Positions 44,094 through 52,082 of a DNA stretch of 64,000 bases are shown one piece after another. The DNA is from an uncultured Oscillospiraceae bacterium. Its GTDB lineage: Bacteria; Bacillota; Clostridia; Oscillospirales; Oscillospiraceae. The position numbers and the translations under genes were made by a program. The first letter of the stretch is position 1. Each line of letters opens with the position of its first letter. The notes under the pieces were generated by a model. That model saw nothing but the letters and a program-made list of their open reading frames with translations. It ran no database searches and was not told where the DNA came from. The DNA is taken from NCBI GenBank assembly GCA_910587255.1, contig CAJUKT010000073.1, positions 5,700 to 69,699 on the forward strand, read 5' to 3'.

Positions 44094-44310
44094 GGCGGCA
44101 GTTCCCCAAGCCCGCCCTCACTCTCGGTCAACGCATTGGTAGTACGGTGTGAATGCGGGCCGAAGCCCTGTCACAATACGGTTGTGCGCGGTCTGGGCAT
44201 ACGGTGTGATGTGAGGATTCGAACCCCTGCGCCAGCCCATAGGCGCGCCATGACCGGCTCATTCTCAGCCGGGAGAGATACGTTCGCCCCAAGAGCTACC
44301 TGCTGCCGCC
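44094..44310 (-). ncRNA. Candidate structured RNA with a tRNA-like T-arm (unclassified)
   Basis: The closing helix is GGCGGCAG (44310-44303) / CTGCCGCC (44101-44094). Inside are hairpins at 44272-44254 and 44246-44229, the T-arm mimic GGGG-TTCGAAT-CCTC at 44227-44213, and a UUCG hairpin at 44168-44157. There is no credible ORF. Confidence 0.5.
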
Positions 44311-44314
44311 TTGG

Positions 44315-44348
44315 TTTCGGTTTCTTTCAAGAAAAAGAAACCGAAAAA
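44315..44348 (-). terminator. AU-rich hairpin after the DIP1984-family gene
   Basis: TTTCGGTTTCTTT-caaga-AAAGAAACCGAAA. There is no separate U-run after the stem on the minus strand. Confidence 0.35.
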
Positions 44349-44413
44349 GAGCATTGATTCGCTGACGGAACGGATGCCGGCCCACAAGTGGGCGTCACGG
44401 CAACGCAGGTGGT

Positions 44414-44866
44414 TTAAATGAGCTCCGTTGTCCAGTTGGCCGCCTGGATGGAGTTGTCCAGCAGGCGCAGCTCCTTGGCCAGGTTGTCCGCCTGCTTCTG
44501 CACGTCCTTCACGCTGACGGAGCTGAGCACCTTGATCTCCGTGCGGGTGGCGCGGCGGGCCAGCTGGCTGGCGTTGTAGGCCAGATCCCGGTAGATGCTG
44601 AGCTTCAGCTTCAGCGCGTCCCGCCTGGCCAGCAGGGCGGTGAGGCTTTCGCCGCCCACCTGGGTTTGGCAGTTGGTCAGGTTGATCCGGGTGATGAGCG
44701 TCTCCAGGCTGGCGGCGCAGCCGTCCAGCTCCGCCAGCAGCCCGGCGGGGTCCTCGGCGGGCTGCTCCCCCTCCTGCACGATGGCGTTGCTGTTCAGCCG
44801 CTGCTGGAGCTGCTGGATGCGGCGGTTCAGATCCGCCCGCTCCTGTAATGCTTCCGCCAATTTCAT
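44414..44866 (-). CDS. DIP1984-family (septicolysin-like) protein
   Basis: 150 aa, MKLAEALQERADLNRRIQQLQQRL... The coiled-coil-like N-terminus is typical of that family (from memory). AAGGAGGG lies upstream, 12 nt after the preceding stop. Confidence 0.55.
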   Translation of the reverse strand: MKLAEALQERADLNRRIQQLQQRLNSNAIVQEGEQPAEDPAGLLAELDGCAASLETLITRINLTNCQTQVGGESLTALLARRDALKLKLSIYRDLAYNASQLARRATRTEIKVLSSVSVKDVQKQADNLAKELRLLDNSIQAANWTTELI

Positions 44867-44878
44867 GATACGCCCTCC

Positions 44879-46177
44879 TTACGCGCCCGCGCCCGCGGGC
44901 TCTTTCATGGCCTCCTGCCTGGCCAGCGCCTTGGCGTTGGCCAGCATCAGCTTAATGCGGTTTTCCTGGTTGATTTTTGTTGCGCCCGGATCATAGTCGA
45001 TAGCCACAATGTTGGAGCAGGGGTAGTCGTCCTTCAGTTTGCGGATCATACCCTTGCCGACGATGTGGTTGGGCAGGCAGCCGAAGGGCTGGGTACACAC
45101 GATGTTGGGCACCCCTTGGTGAATGAGCTCCAGCATCTCGCCGGTGAGCAGCCAGCCCTCGCCCATTTTGTTGCCGTCCCCCAGGTAGCCCCGGACCAGC
45201 TTGTGCATGTCCTCAAAGGAGCCGGGGGCGCGGAAGCGGGTCTTTTGAAGCGCCTCGATCATATCCCTCTGACACGCCTCGATGTAACCCTTGAACAGCT
45301 GGCAGAACTTTTTTTTGACCCACGGCCCGCCATAGATGTTCACATCCACTTCCCGGTTGAAGATCTTGAAGATCATAAAGTCGGTGAGGCCGGGCACCAC
45401 CGGCTCCGCTCCCTCGGACAAGAGGAAGTCTTCCAAATTGTTGTTGCCCAAGGGGGAGAACTTCACGTAGATCTCGCCCACCACCCCCACCTTGACCTTC
45501 TCCTCGCCGGATACGGGGATGGCGGCAAAATCCGCCAGGATGGCGTCGAAATTGGCCCGCATCTGCTTGCGGTCCATGCCCTTTCCGGCCTGGAATTCCT
45601 GGATGAGGGTGCTTTGCCATTGATCCAGCGTCTTGTCGGTGCCGCCGGGGGTGAGCTCATAGGGCCGGACCTGGTTGGCGGCGTTCACCAGCAGGTCGCC
45701 GTACAGCATGGCGTAGATGAGCTTGCGCACCAGGGGCAGGGTGAGGGAAAAGCCGGGGTTTTTCTCCAGCCCGGACAGGTTCACCGAGATGACGGGGACG
45801 AATTCCAGACCCGCCTTTTCCAGGGCCTTGCGCAGCAGGTGGATATAATTGGATGCCCGGCAGCCGCCCCCCGTCTGGGTGATGAACAGCGCCACCTTAT
45901 GGGGGTCGTAGCCGCCGTGCTTGATGGCGTCGATGAGCTGGCCGATGACCAGCAGGGCGGGATAGCAGGTGTCATTGTGGACATATTTCAGGCCCTCGTC
46001 CACGATGCCCCGGTGGTTGGTGGTGAGCATATCCACCTTGTAGCCCTCCAGAATGAGCAGCTGGCGGAACATCCCGAAGTGGACGGGGAGCATCTGGGGC
46101 ATGAGGATGGTGTATTCCTGCTTCATCTCTTTGGTGAAGAGGAGGCGCCCGTCCTTGTCGTATTTCAATTCAGCCAT
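44879..46177 (-). CDS. 2-hydroxyacyl-CoA-dehydratase-related protein (C-terminal module of activase-related proteins)
   Basis: MAELKYDKDGRLLFTKEMKQEYTILMPQMLPVHFGMF...HNDTCYPALLVIGQLIDA...QTGGGCRASNY. AAGGAG lies before ATG 46177. Confidence 0.7.
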   Translation of the reverse strand: MAELKYDKDGRLLFTKEMKQEYTILMPQMLPVHFGMFRQLLILEGYKVDMLTTNHRGIVDEGLKYVHNDTCYPALLVIGQLIDAIKHGGYDPHKVALFITQTGGGCRASNYIHLLRKALEKAGLEFVPVISVNLSGLEKNPGFSLTLPLVRKLIYAMLYGDLLVNAANQVRPYELTPGGTDKTLDQWQSTLIQEFQAGKGMDRKQMRANFDAILADFAAIPVSGEEKVKVGVVGEIYVKFSPLGNNNLEDFLLSEGAEPVVPGLTDFMIFKIFNREVDVNIYGGPWVKKKFCQLFKGYIEACQRDMIEALQKTRFRAPGSFEDMHKLVRGYLGDGNKMGEGWLLTGEMLELIHQGVPNIVCTQPFGCLPNHIVGKGMIRKLKDDYPCSNIVAIDYDPGATKINQENRIKLMLANAKALARQEAMKEPAGAGA

Positions 46178-46199
46178 GGAAAAACTCCTTTCGCGGGGG

Positions 46200-46934
46200 T
46201 CAATCGTCCCGAACGGCCCAATAGAGGCGTCCAATGGAGCGGGTCATGCCCAGGGACCGTTGAAGGGCCAGGGACGGGTCGTTTCCGTCGAACACCTGCC
46301 CATAGGGGACGTGCCCACGGGACAGCTCCAACCCGATCATGTAGGACTGGAGCAGGGTGGCCAGCCCCCGGCGGCGGTAGGGGGGCAGCACCTCCAAAAG
46401 CCCTACGGAGCCCTCTGCGTGCCGGCCGATAAAGGCCATAAGAGTGCCGCCGTCAAAGGCGCCGTACAGCTCGCCGCGTGCGATGAGCCAGGACAGGTAC
46501 TCCTGGTCGGTGAGGGTGTAGTTAGCCAGCACGGTGGGCAGGTGGGATTGGTCCAGCTGCCGTATGTCCGCCGCCGCGTCCGGCAGGGGCGGAGGTGTGG
46601 TGCGAAGCCAGCCCAGCTGCCAGCAGGGATTCAGCCGGGTGAAGCCAAAGCGCTTTTCCAGCTCGTCCCGGTAGAGCGCCTCGTGGACGGTGATGAAGGT
46701 GGGCTTGGGCGGGATCAGGGCCAGCAGGGCTTGAGCGGTTTCCAGATCGTCTGCGAACATGGTGAAGCCCAGATCCTGCCCGTCCTTTTCGTAGTTATGA
46801 AAGGCGGCCAGCGCGCCTCGGGGCGTGGCGGCGAGGAGCCTGCCCTCCCCCCGGCGGACGGCCTCCGTCAGGTCCAGGTAGAGCACCGGGTCTCGGTTCA
46901 GCGCCTCCTGGCAGATGCTCAGATCAATGCTCAC
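46200..46934 (-). CDS. GNAT-family acetyltransferase (two-lobed, 244 aa)
   Basis: C-terminal LLEVLPPYRRRGLATLLQSYMI motif A. GTG start with GGAGGAGA 9 nt upstream. It overlaps the upstream gene end by 11 nt. Confidence 0.7.
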   Translation of the reverse strand: MSIDLSICQEALNRDPVLYLDLTEAVRRGEGRLLAATPRGALAAFHNYEKDGQDLGFTMFADDLETAQALLALIPPKPTFITVHEALYRDELEKRFGFTRLNPCWQLGWLRTTPPPLPDAAADIRQLDQSHLPTVLANYTLTDQEYLSWLIARGELYGAFDGGTLMAFIGRHAEGSVGLLEVLPPYRRRGLATLLQSYMIGLELSRGHVPYGQVFDGNDPSLALQRSLGMTRSIGRLYWAVRDD

Positions 46935-49863
46935 GGCGTTTTCTCTCCTCCATGGCGGCTATCAGGGAGCGCACCCGGATCTTCACCGCTCCCAGGTTGC
47001 TGATGTCGTCGATTTTCAACTGTGTGTACAGCCTGCCGCCCTCCTCCAGGATGGAGCGCATCTCGTCCCCGGTGATGGCGTCGGTGCCGCAGCCGAAGCT
47101 CACCAGCTGCACCAGCTCCATGTCCGGCTGCTGGCAGACATACCGTGCGGCATTGTACATCCGGGCCTGGAAGGTCCACTGGTTGAGCACCTTCCGGGGG
47201 GCGTATTCCTCGTGAAAGGAGACCGCGTCCTCGCTCACCACCACGAAGCCGAAGGAGGTGATGAGCTCGTTGATGCCGTGGTTGATCTCCGGGTCGATGT
47301 GGTAAGGCCGCCCTGCCAGCACGATGATGGGCAGGCCCTGGGCGCGGGCCTGGTCGATGTACTGCTGGCCGGTGCGGTGCAGATCCTCCTTATAGCGGTC
47401 GTAGGCTTGGTAGGCGGCCCGGATGGCGTGGAGCGCCTCCCGCCGGGGGATGCCGAAGGTGTCGGCAAACCACTGCGAGCCGATGCGCTCATAGTCCTTT
47501 GGCCGGTGAAGTCCGGCATAGGGATTGAGGAAGCGGGTCTTTTTGAGGTCGGGCATATTGGCCGCCAGCAGCTCGGGGTAGTAGGCCACCACCGGGCAGT
47601 TATAGTTGTTGTCCGACGCCTTTTCGTCAAAATTGTAGGACATGCAGGGATAGAAGATGGCGTCCACCCCCGCCTCCACCAGGGCCTCCACATGGCCGTG
47701 GAGCAGCTTGGCGGGGTAGCACACCGTATCCGACGGGATGGTGCGCTGGCCCTTGATATATAGCTTCCGGGTGGACTCGGGGGAGAGGACTACCTCAAAA
47801 TTAAGCCGGGTGAACAGCTCGAACCAGAAGGGCAGGTTTTCGTACATATTGAGGCCGAAGGGCAGGCCGATCCGTCCCCGGGAGCCGTCCCCGAAGCCCC
47901 TGCCCTCCATGGCGCGCAGCTTCTGGTACTTGAAGCGGTACAGGTCGGGCAGCTCCGCCTTCTCCTTGCCCAGGGGGCGGGAGCAGCGGTTGCCTGAGAT
48001 GAACCGCCGCCCGCCGTCAAAGCTGTTGACGGTGAGGGAGCAGTGGTTGGTACACAGATTGCAGGTGACGGGCTTGGCGGTGTGGGCAAAGCCCTCCAGC
48101 GCCCCGGCGTCCAGCAGGGAGGAGTGCTCCAGGCGGAGATCCCGTGCGGCCAGGGCCGCGCCGAAGGCCCCCATGATGCCCGCGATGGTGGGCCGGGTGA
48201 CCTCCCGGCCCAGCTCCTGCTCGAAGGCCCGGAGCACTGCGTCGTTGTGGAAGGTGCCGCCCTGCACCACGATATGCCGGCCCAAATCATCGGCGCTGGC
48301 GGCGCGGATCACCTTATAGATGGCGTTTTTCACGATGGAAATGGAGAGCCCCGCGCTGATGTCCTCCACGCTGGCGCCGTCCTTCTGGGCCTGCTTCACC
48401 GAGGAGTTCATGAACACGGTGCACCGGGAGCCCAGGTTCACCGGCTTCTGGGTGAACAGGCCCAGGCGCGCGAAGCCGGCGATATCGTAGCCCAGGGCCT
48501 TGGCAAAGGTCTCGATGAACGAGCCGCAGCCAGAGGAGCACGCCTCGTTGAGCATGATGGAGTCCACCGCGCCGCTGCGGATTTTAAAGCACTTCATGTC
48601 CTGGCCGCCGATGTCGATGATAAAGTCCACGTCGGGGTTGAAGTGGGCGGCGGCACGGTAATGGGCTACCGTCTCCACCAGCCCCAGGTCGCAGGAGAAG
48701 GCGTTTTTGATCAGATCCTCCCCGTAGCCGGTGACGGCGGAGCCCTTGATTTTGATCCGCTTCCCGCACAGCCTGTAGATCTCCCGGAGCTGTTCCAGGG
48801 CGATGGCCACAGGATTGCCCTGGTTGGAGTGGTAATAGGTGTAGAGCAGCCCGCCGTCCGGGGCGATGAGGACGATTTTTGTGGTGGTGGAGCCTGCGTC
48901 AATGCCTAAATACGCGTCGCCCTCGTAAGTATGGATATCCAGCTTGGGCGGGGTGGAGGCGTTGTGCCGGGCGGTGAAGGCGTCGTAATCCGCCTGGCTT
49001 TGAAACAGCGGCGGCATAGTGTCCACCACGGAGGTGGCGGCGCGGCTCTCCTCCAGCAGGCGCAGCAGCTGCGCGAAGGGGCGGGCCTCATAGTCGGAGG
49101 CGCACAGGGCTGCCCCCATGGCGGCAAAGCAGTCGCCGTCCTCGGGGAAGACGGCGTGATCGCCGTCTAATTGCAGGGTGTCCACAAACCGTTCCCGCAG
49201 GCCCATGAGGAAGTGCAGGGGGCCGCCCAGAAATACGATTTTGCCCTTCAGTTCCCGGCCCTGGGTGAGGCCGGCCACCGTCTGGTCCACCACCGCCTGG
49301 AAAATGGAGGCGGCCACGTCCTCCTTCCGCCCGCCCTGGTTGAGGATGGGCTGGATGTCGCTTTTGGCGAACACGCCGCAGCGGCTGGCGATGGGGTAAA
49401 TTTTCTGGTGGCGCAGGGAGAGCTCGTCCAGCTCGTTCACGGTGACGTTCATGAGGGTGGCCATCTGGTCGATAAAGGCCCCGGTGCCCCCGGCGCAGGA
49501 GCCGTTCATGCGCTCCTCCAGGGCGCCGCCGAAGAAGATGATTTTGGCGTCCTCGCCCCCCAGTTCGATCACCGCGTCAGTGTCCGGGATGTAGGCGTTT
49601 ACCGCCGCGGCGGTGGCGTACACCTCCTGCACGAAGTCCAGCCCCGCGGCCTTGGCCACCCCCAGCCCGGCGGAGCCGGTGACCACCAGGCGCACGTCCT
49701 TGCCCTGGAGCATGCTTTCGATGGAGCGCAGGGTCTCGCAGGCCCGTTCCCGGGCTTTGGAATAGTGCCGCTCGTAGGAGCGGAACAGCAGCTTGTCATC
49801 CTCGTCCAGCACCACCACCTTGACGGTGGTGGAACCGATATCAATGCCTACGCGCAGGATCAT
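46924..49863 (-). CDS. Acyl-CoA dehydratase activase-related protein (two BcrAD/BadFG ATPase domains plus DUF2229-like region)
   Basis: MILRVGIDIGSTTVKVVVL... and a second ...YLGIDAGSTTTKIVLI... ASKHA module. The Cys cluster is CNLCTNHCSL. The start is at ATG 49863, after CAGGAGGA. Confidence 0.8.
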   Translation of the reverse strand: MILRVGIDIGSTTVKVVVLDEDDKLLFRSYERHYSKARERACETLRSIESMLQGKDVRLVVTGSAGLGVAKAAGLDFVQEVYATAAAVNAYIPDTDAVIELGGEDAKIIFFGGALEERMNGSCAGGTGAFIDQMATLMNVTVNELDELSLRHQKIYPIASRCGVFAKSDIQPILNQGGRKEDVAASIFQAVVDQTVAGLTQGRELKGKIVFLGGPLHFLMGLRERFVDTLQLDGDHAVFPEDGDCFAAMGAALCASDYEARPFAQLLRLLEESRAATSVVDTMPPLFQSQADYDAFTARHNASTPPKLDIHTYEGDAYLGIDAGSTTTKIVLIAPDGGLLYTYYHSNQGNPVAIALEQLREIYRLCGKRIKIKGSAVTGYGEDLIKNAFSCDLGLVETVAHYRAAAHFNPDVDFIIDIGGQDMKCFKIRSGAVDSIMLNEACSSGCGSFIETFAKALGYDIAGFARLGLFTQKPVNLGSRCTVFMNSSVKQAQKDGASVEDISAGLSISIVKNAIYKVIRAASADDLGRHIVVQGGTFHNDAVLRAFEQELGREVTRPTIAGIMGAFGAALAARDLRLEHSSLLDAGALEGFAHTAKPVTCNLCTNHCSLTVNSFDGGRRFISGNRCSRPLGKEKAELPDLYRFKYQKLRAMEGRGFGDGSRGRIGLPFGLNMYENLPFWFELFTRLNFEVVLSPESTRKLYIKGQRTIPSDTVCYPAKLLHGHVEALVEAGVDAIFYPCMSYNFDEKASDNNYNCPVVAYYPELLAANMPDLKKTRFLNPYAGLHRPKDYERIGSQWFADTFGIPRREALHAIRAAYQAYDRYKEDLHRTGQQYIDQARAQGLPIIVLAGRPYHIDPEINHGINELITSFGFVVVSEDAVSFHEEYAPRKVLNQWTFQARMYNAARYVCQQPDMELVQLVSFGCGTDAITGDEMRSILEEGGRLYTQLKIDDISNLGAVKIRVRSLIAAMEERKRREH

Positions 49864-49913
49864 AGTTATCCTCCTGATCTTGAGATCCATAATCCAGATA
49901 AAGTCCAGAGGAT

Positions 49914-49942
49914 ATTATATAGAAATGATAGGCTTTTTTCAA
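49914..49942 (-). promoter_or_regulatory. Sigma-A promoter of the activase-related operon
   Basis: On the minus strand, TTGAAA (49942-49937), a 17-nt spacer and TATAAT (49919-49914). Confidence 0.65.
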
Positions 49943-49990
49943 TAGTATAGTTTGACGGTTTTTCCGCAAAGCGACAAAAAAGCCAAAGCG

Positions 49991-50027
49991 TAAAATGCGA
50001 CGGGGCGGATAGCATCCGCCCCGTCGC
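49991..50027 (-). terminator. Rho-independent terminator after asnB
   Basis: GCGACGGGGCGGAT-agc-ATCCGCCCCGTCGC, then ATTTTAC on the minus strand. Confidence 0.7.
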
Positions 50028-50058
50028 AGGGTTCGCGGCAGCGGCCCGGGCCGCCTTG

Positions 50059-51921
50059 TCATTTGCCGGGGGTAAAGGGCTGTACGCCGCATTTTTCGGG
50101 GAAATACACCTGATACCAGATGAGGAAGGACAGCACGGTGTACAGCTTGCGGTGGGTGCGCTCCTTGCCGGCGTAGTGCTGTTCCAGCAGGTCCAGCAGG
50201 TACGTCTGGTCGAAAAATTCCGCCACATAGCGCTGGGAGATCAGGTCTTTGGCCCAGCGGTAATACTTCTCCTCCCGCAGCCAGGCGATGAAGGGGACGG
50301 GGAAGCCCTTCTTGTCCCGCTTCACCCAATCGTCGGGGAGCAGCGGAACCGCCGCCATGCGCAGGGGGTATTTGGTCATGGTCTTGCCCCGCATCTTCTG
50401 GGCGCTGGGGATGGCCCGGGCCACTGCCCACACCTCCCGGTCCAGATAGGGTACCCGCAGCTCCAGCGAGTGGGCCATGGTCATGCGGTCGGCCTTGCGG
50501 AGGATGTCCAGCGGCTGCCACAGGTGGAGGTCCAGGTACTGCATTTTGGTCAGGTCGTCTGCCCCCTGGATGGCCTCGAAGTAGGGCCCGGTGACATCGT
50601 GCCAGGTGAGGGCAGAGCGGTAGGCGGGGGTGAGCACCCGCTCCGCCTCGTCATCGCCGAAGATAAACGCTTGGCCCACGAAGGTCTGGCTGACGGGCTT
50701 GGCGGCCTTGGTGAGGAAGCCCTGGCCGTGGAACCGGGGCAGCCCGGCCACGCATTTGGCCACGGCTTTCCGCAGGGCCAGGGGGGTCTTTCGGTATAAC
50801 CGGTAAGGCTTTGTGGTGTGGTAGGTAATATAGCCGCCGAACAGCTCGTCCGCCCCCTCGCCGGACAGCACCACCTTCACGTCCTTGGCCGCCAGCTGGG
50901 ACAGGAAATACAGCGGCACGGTGGACAGGTTGGCGTTAGGCTCGTCGGCGTAGTATTGGACGGCGGGAAGGGCGCTGAAAAACTCCTCTGCCGAGATGGT
51001 TTTGGAGATGTTGCGCAGGCCCAGCTCCCGGCACAGCGCCTTAGCCTCCCCGGTCTCGTCGAAGTCGCGGTTTTCAAAGCCCACGGAGTAGGTTTTGTCG
51101 GGCCGGGAGAGGGCGGCGATGACGCTGGAGTCGATGCCGCCGGACAGGAAGGAGCCAACCTCCACGTCGCTGATCTCGTGGGCCTTGACGGACTCGGCGA
51201 CCGCCTCCCGGATCTGCTTGGCCCGCTGCTCCAAGGGCATGTTTTCCGGGGCAAAGGAGAAAGCGTGATAGGAGGCGAACTCGGTATGCCCCTCCCGGTG
51301 GAGAAAATAGTGGCCGGGAAGCAGGCGGTACACCCCCTTGAAGAAGGATTCGTTCAGGGCGGAGTACTGGAAGGTGAGATAGAGCTTCAGCGCGTTGGGG
51401 TTGAGCTCCTTTTTGAACTCCGGGTGGGGGAGGAAGCTCTTGCACTCCGAGCCGAAGAAGAACAGATCCCCCATCTGGGCATAGTAGAAGGGCTTGATGC
51501 CAAAGGGGTCCCGGGCGCCGAACAGCTCCTGCTTTTCCCTGTCCCAGATGACGAAGGCGAACATGCCCCGCAGCTTTTGGAGCACCTGCGGCCCCCACTC
51601 CATGTAGCCGTGGAGCACCACCTCGGTGTCGCAGTCGGTCAGGAAGCTGTGCCCCTCGGCGGCCAGCTCCTCCCGCAGCGTCTGAAAGTTATAGGTCTCG
51701 CCGTTGTAGGCGATGATATAGCGCCCATCGGGGCTGACGATGGGCTGCCGGCCCTTTTCCAGGTCGATGATGGACAGCCGGCGGTGGGCGATGCCGCAGT
51801 GCTCGTCGGTATAGTGGCCCTCGCCGTCAGGGCCCCGGTGGCGGATGGCCTCCCCCATGGCATGGAGCGCCTTTTCATCAGGGGGAGCGGAACGGGTCAC
51901 AAAGCCGGTAAAACCGCACAT
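50059..51921 (-). CDS. asnB: Asparagine synthase (glutamine-hydrolysing)
   Basis: MCGFTGFV... N-terminal Cys nucleophile, HRGPDG, and the SGGIDSS PP-loop. GGAGGA lies before ATG 51921. Confidence 0.92.
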   Translation of the reverse strand: MCGFTGFVTRSAPPDEKALHAMGEAIRHRGPDGEGHYTDEHCGIAHRRLSIIDLEKGRQPIVSPDGRYIIAYNGETYNFQTLREELAAEGHSFLTDCDTEVVLHGYMEWGPQVLQKLRGMFAFVIWDREKQELFGARDPFGIKPFYYAQMGDLFFFGSECKSFLPHPEFKKELNPNALKLYLTFQYSALNESFFKGVYRLLPGHYFLHREGHTEFASYHAFSFAPENMPLEQRAKQIREAVAESVKAHEISDVEVGSFLSGGIDSSVIAALSRPDKTYSVGFENRDFDETGEAKALCRELGLRNISKTISAEEFFSALPAVQYYADEPNANLSTVPLYFLSQLAAKDVKVVLSGEGADELFGGYITYHTTKPYRLYRKTPLALRKAVAKCVAGLPRFHGQGFLTKAAKPVSQTFVGQAFIFGDDEAERVLTPAYRSALTWHDVTGPYFEAIQGADDLTKMQYLDLHLWQPLDILRKADRMTMAHSLELRVPYLDREVWAVARAIPSAQKMRGKTMTKYPLRMAAVPLLPDDWVKRDKKGFPVPFIAWLREEKYYRWAKDLISQRYVAEFFDQTYLLDLLEQHYAGKERTHRKLYTVLSFLIWYQVYFPEKCGVQPFTPGK

Positions 51922-52082
51922 ATTAAAATCCTCCAGTTCTGGGATCAGGTGGTTAGTTTTCATTAGAATAAAGCCTATTGGTGAAAATGTCAACCGCTGG
52001 GAAAGAATCGGGGTGGAAAAAAGTCTGCGGCTGTGGTATGATACCAAACGGCTGTGATCTAAAACAGACGGCGGAGGTTTCC

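Noticed and set aside
44143-44186. A resemblance of CCGTAT...GGGCTTCGGCCC...ACCGTA to group II intron domain V.
   Set aside because: The flanking CCGTA segments are direct repeats, not inverted repeats, so the domain V helix cannot form. There is no intron-encoded ORF and no other intron domains nearby.
44213-44227. A GGTTCGAATCC T-loop motif that suggested a minus-strand tRNA gene.
   Set aside because: No 7-bp acceptor pairing exists next to the T-arm. The T-stem has only 4 bp. The 7-nt loop GAGAATG lacks U33 and the usual anticodon-loop context. It was kept only as part of a larger unclassified RNA candidate.
44254-44290. GGGGCG...GGCTGAGA, reminiscent of the 5' half of a TPP riboswitch.
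   Set aside because: The second conserved half (ACCTGATCTGGATAATGCCAGCG-like) is absent, and the CTGAGA here is the loop side of a simple hairpin.
51978-52082. The upstream extension of the GT-C membrane protein ORF (start at 51978).
   Set aside because: The extension overlaps the divergent asnB start region and has no RBS. ATG 52083 is preceded by GGAGG and begins the hydrophobic protein.
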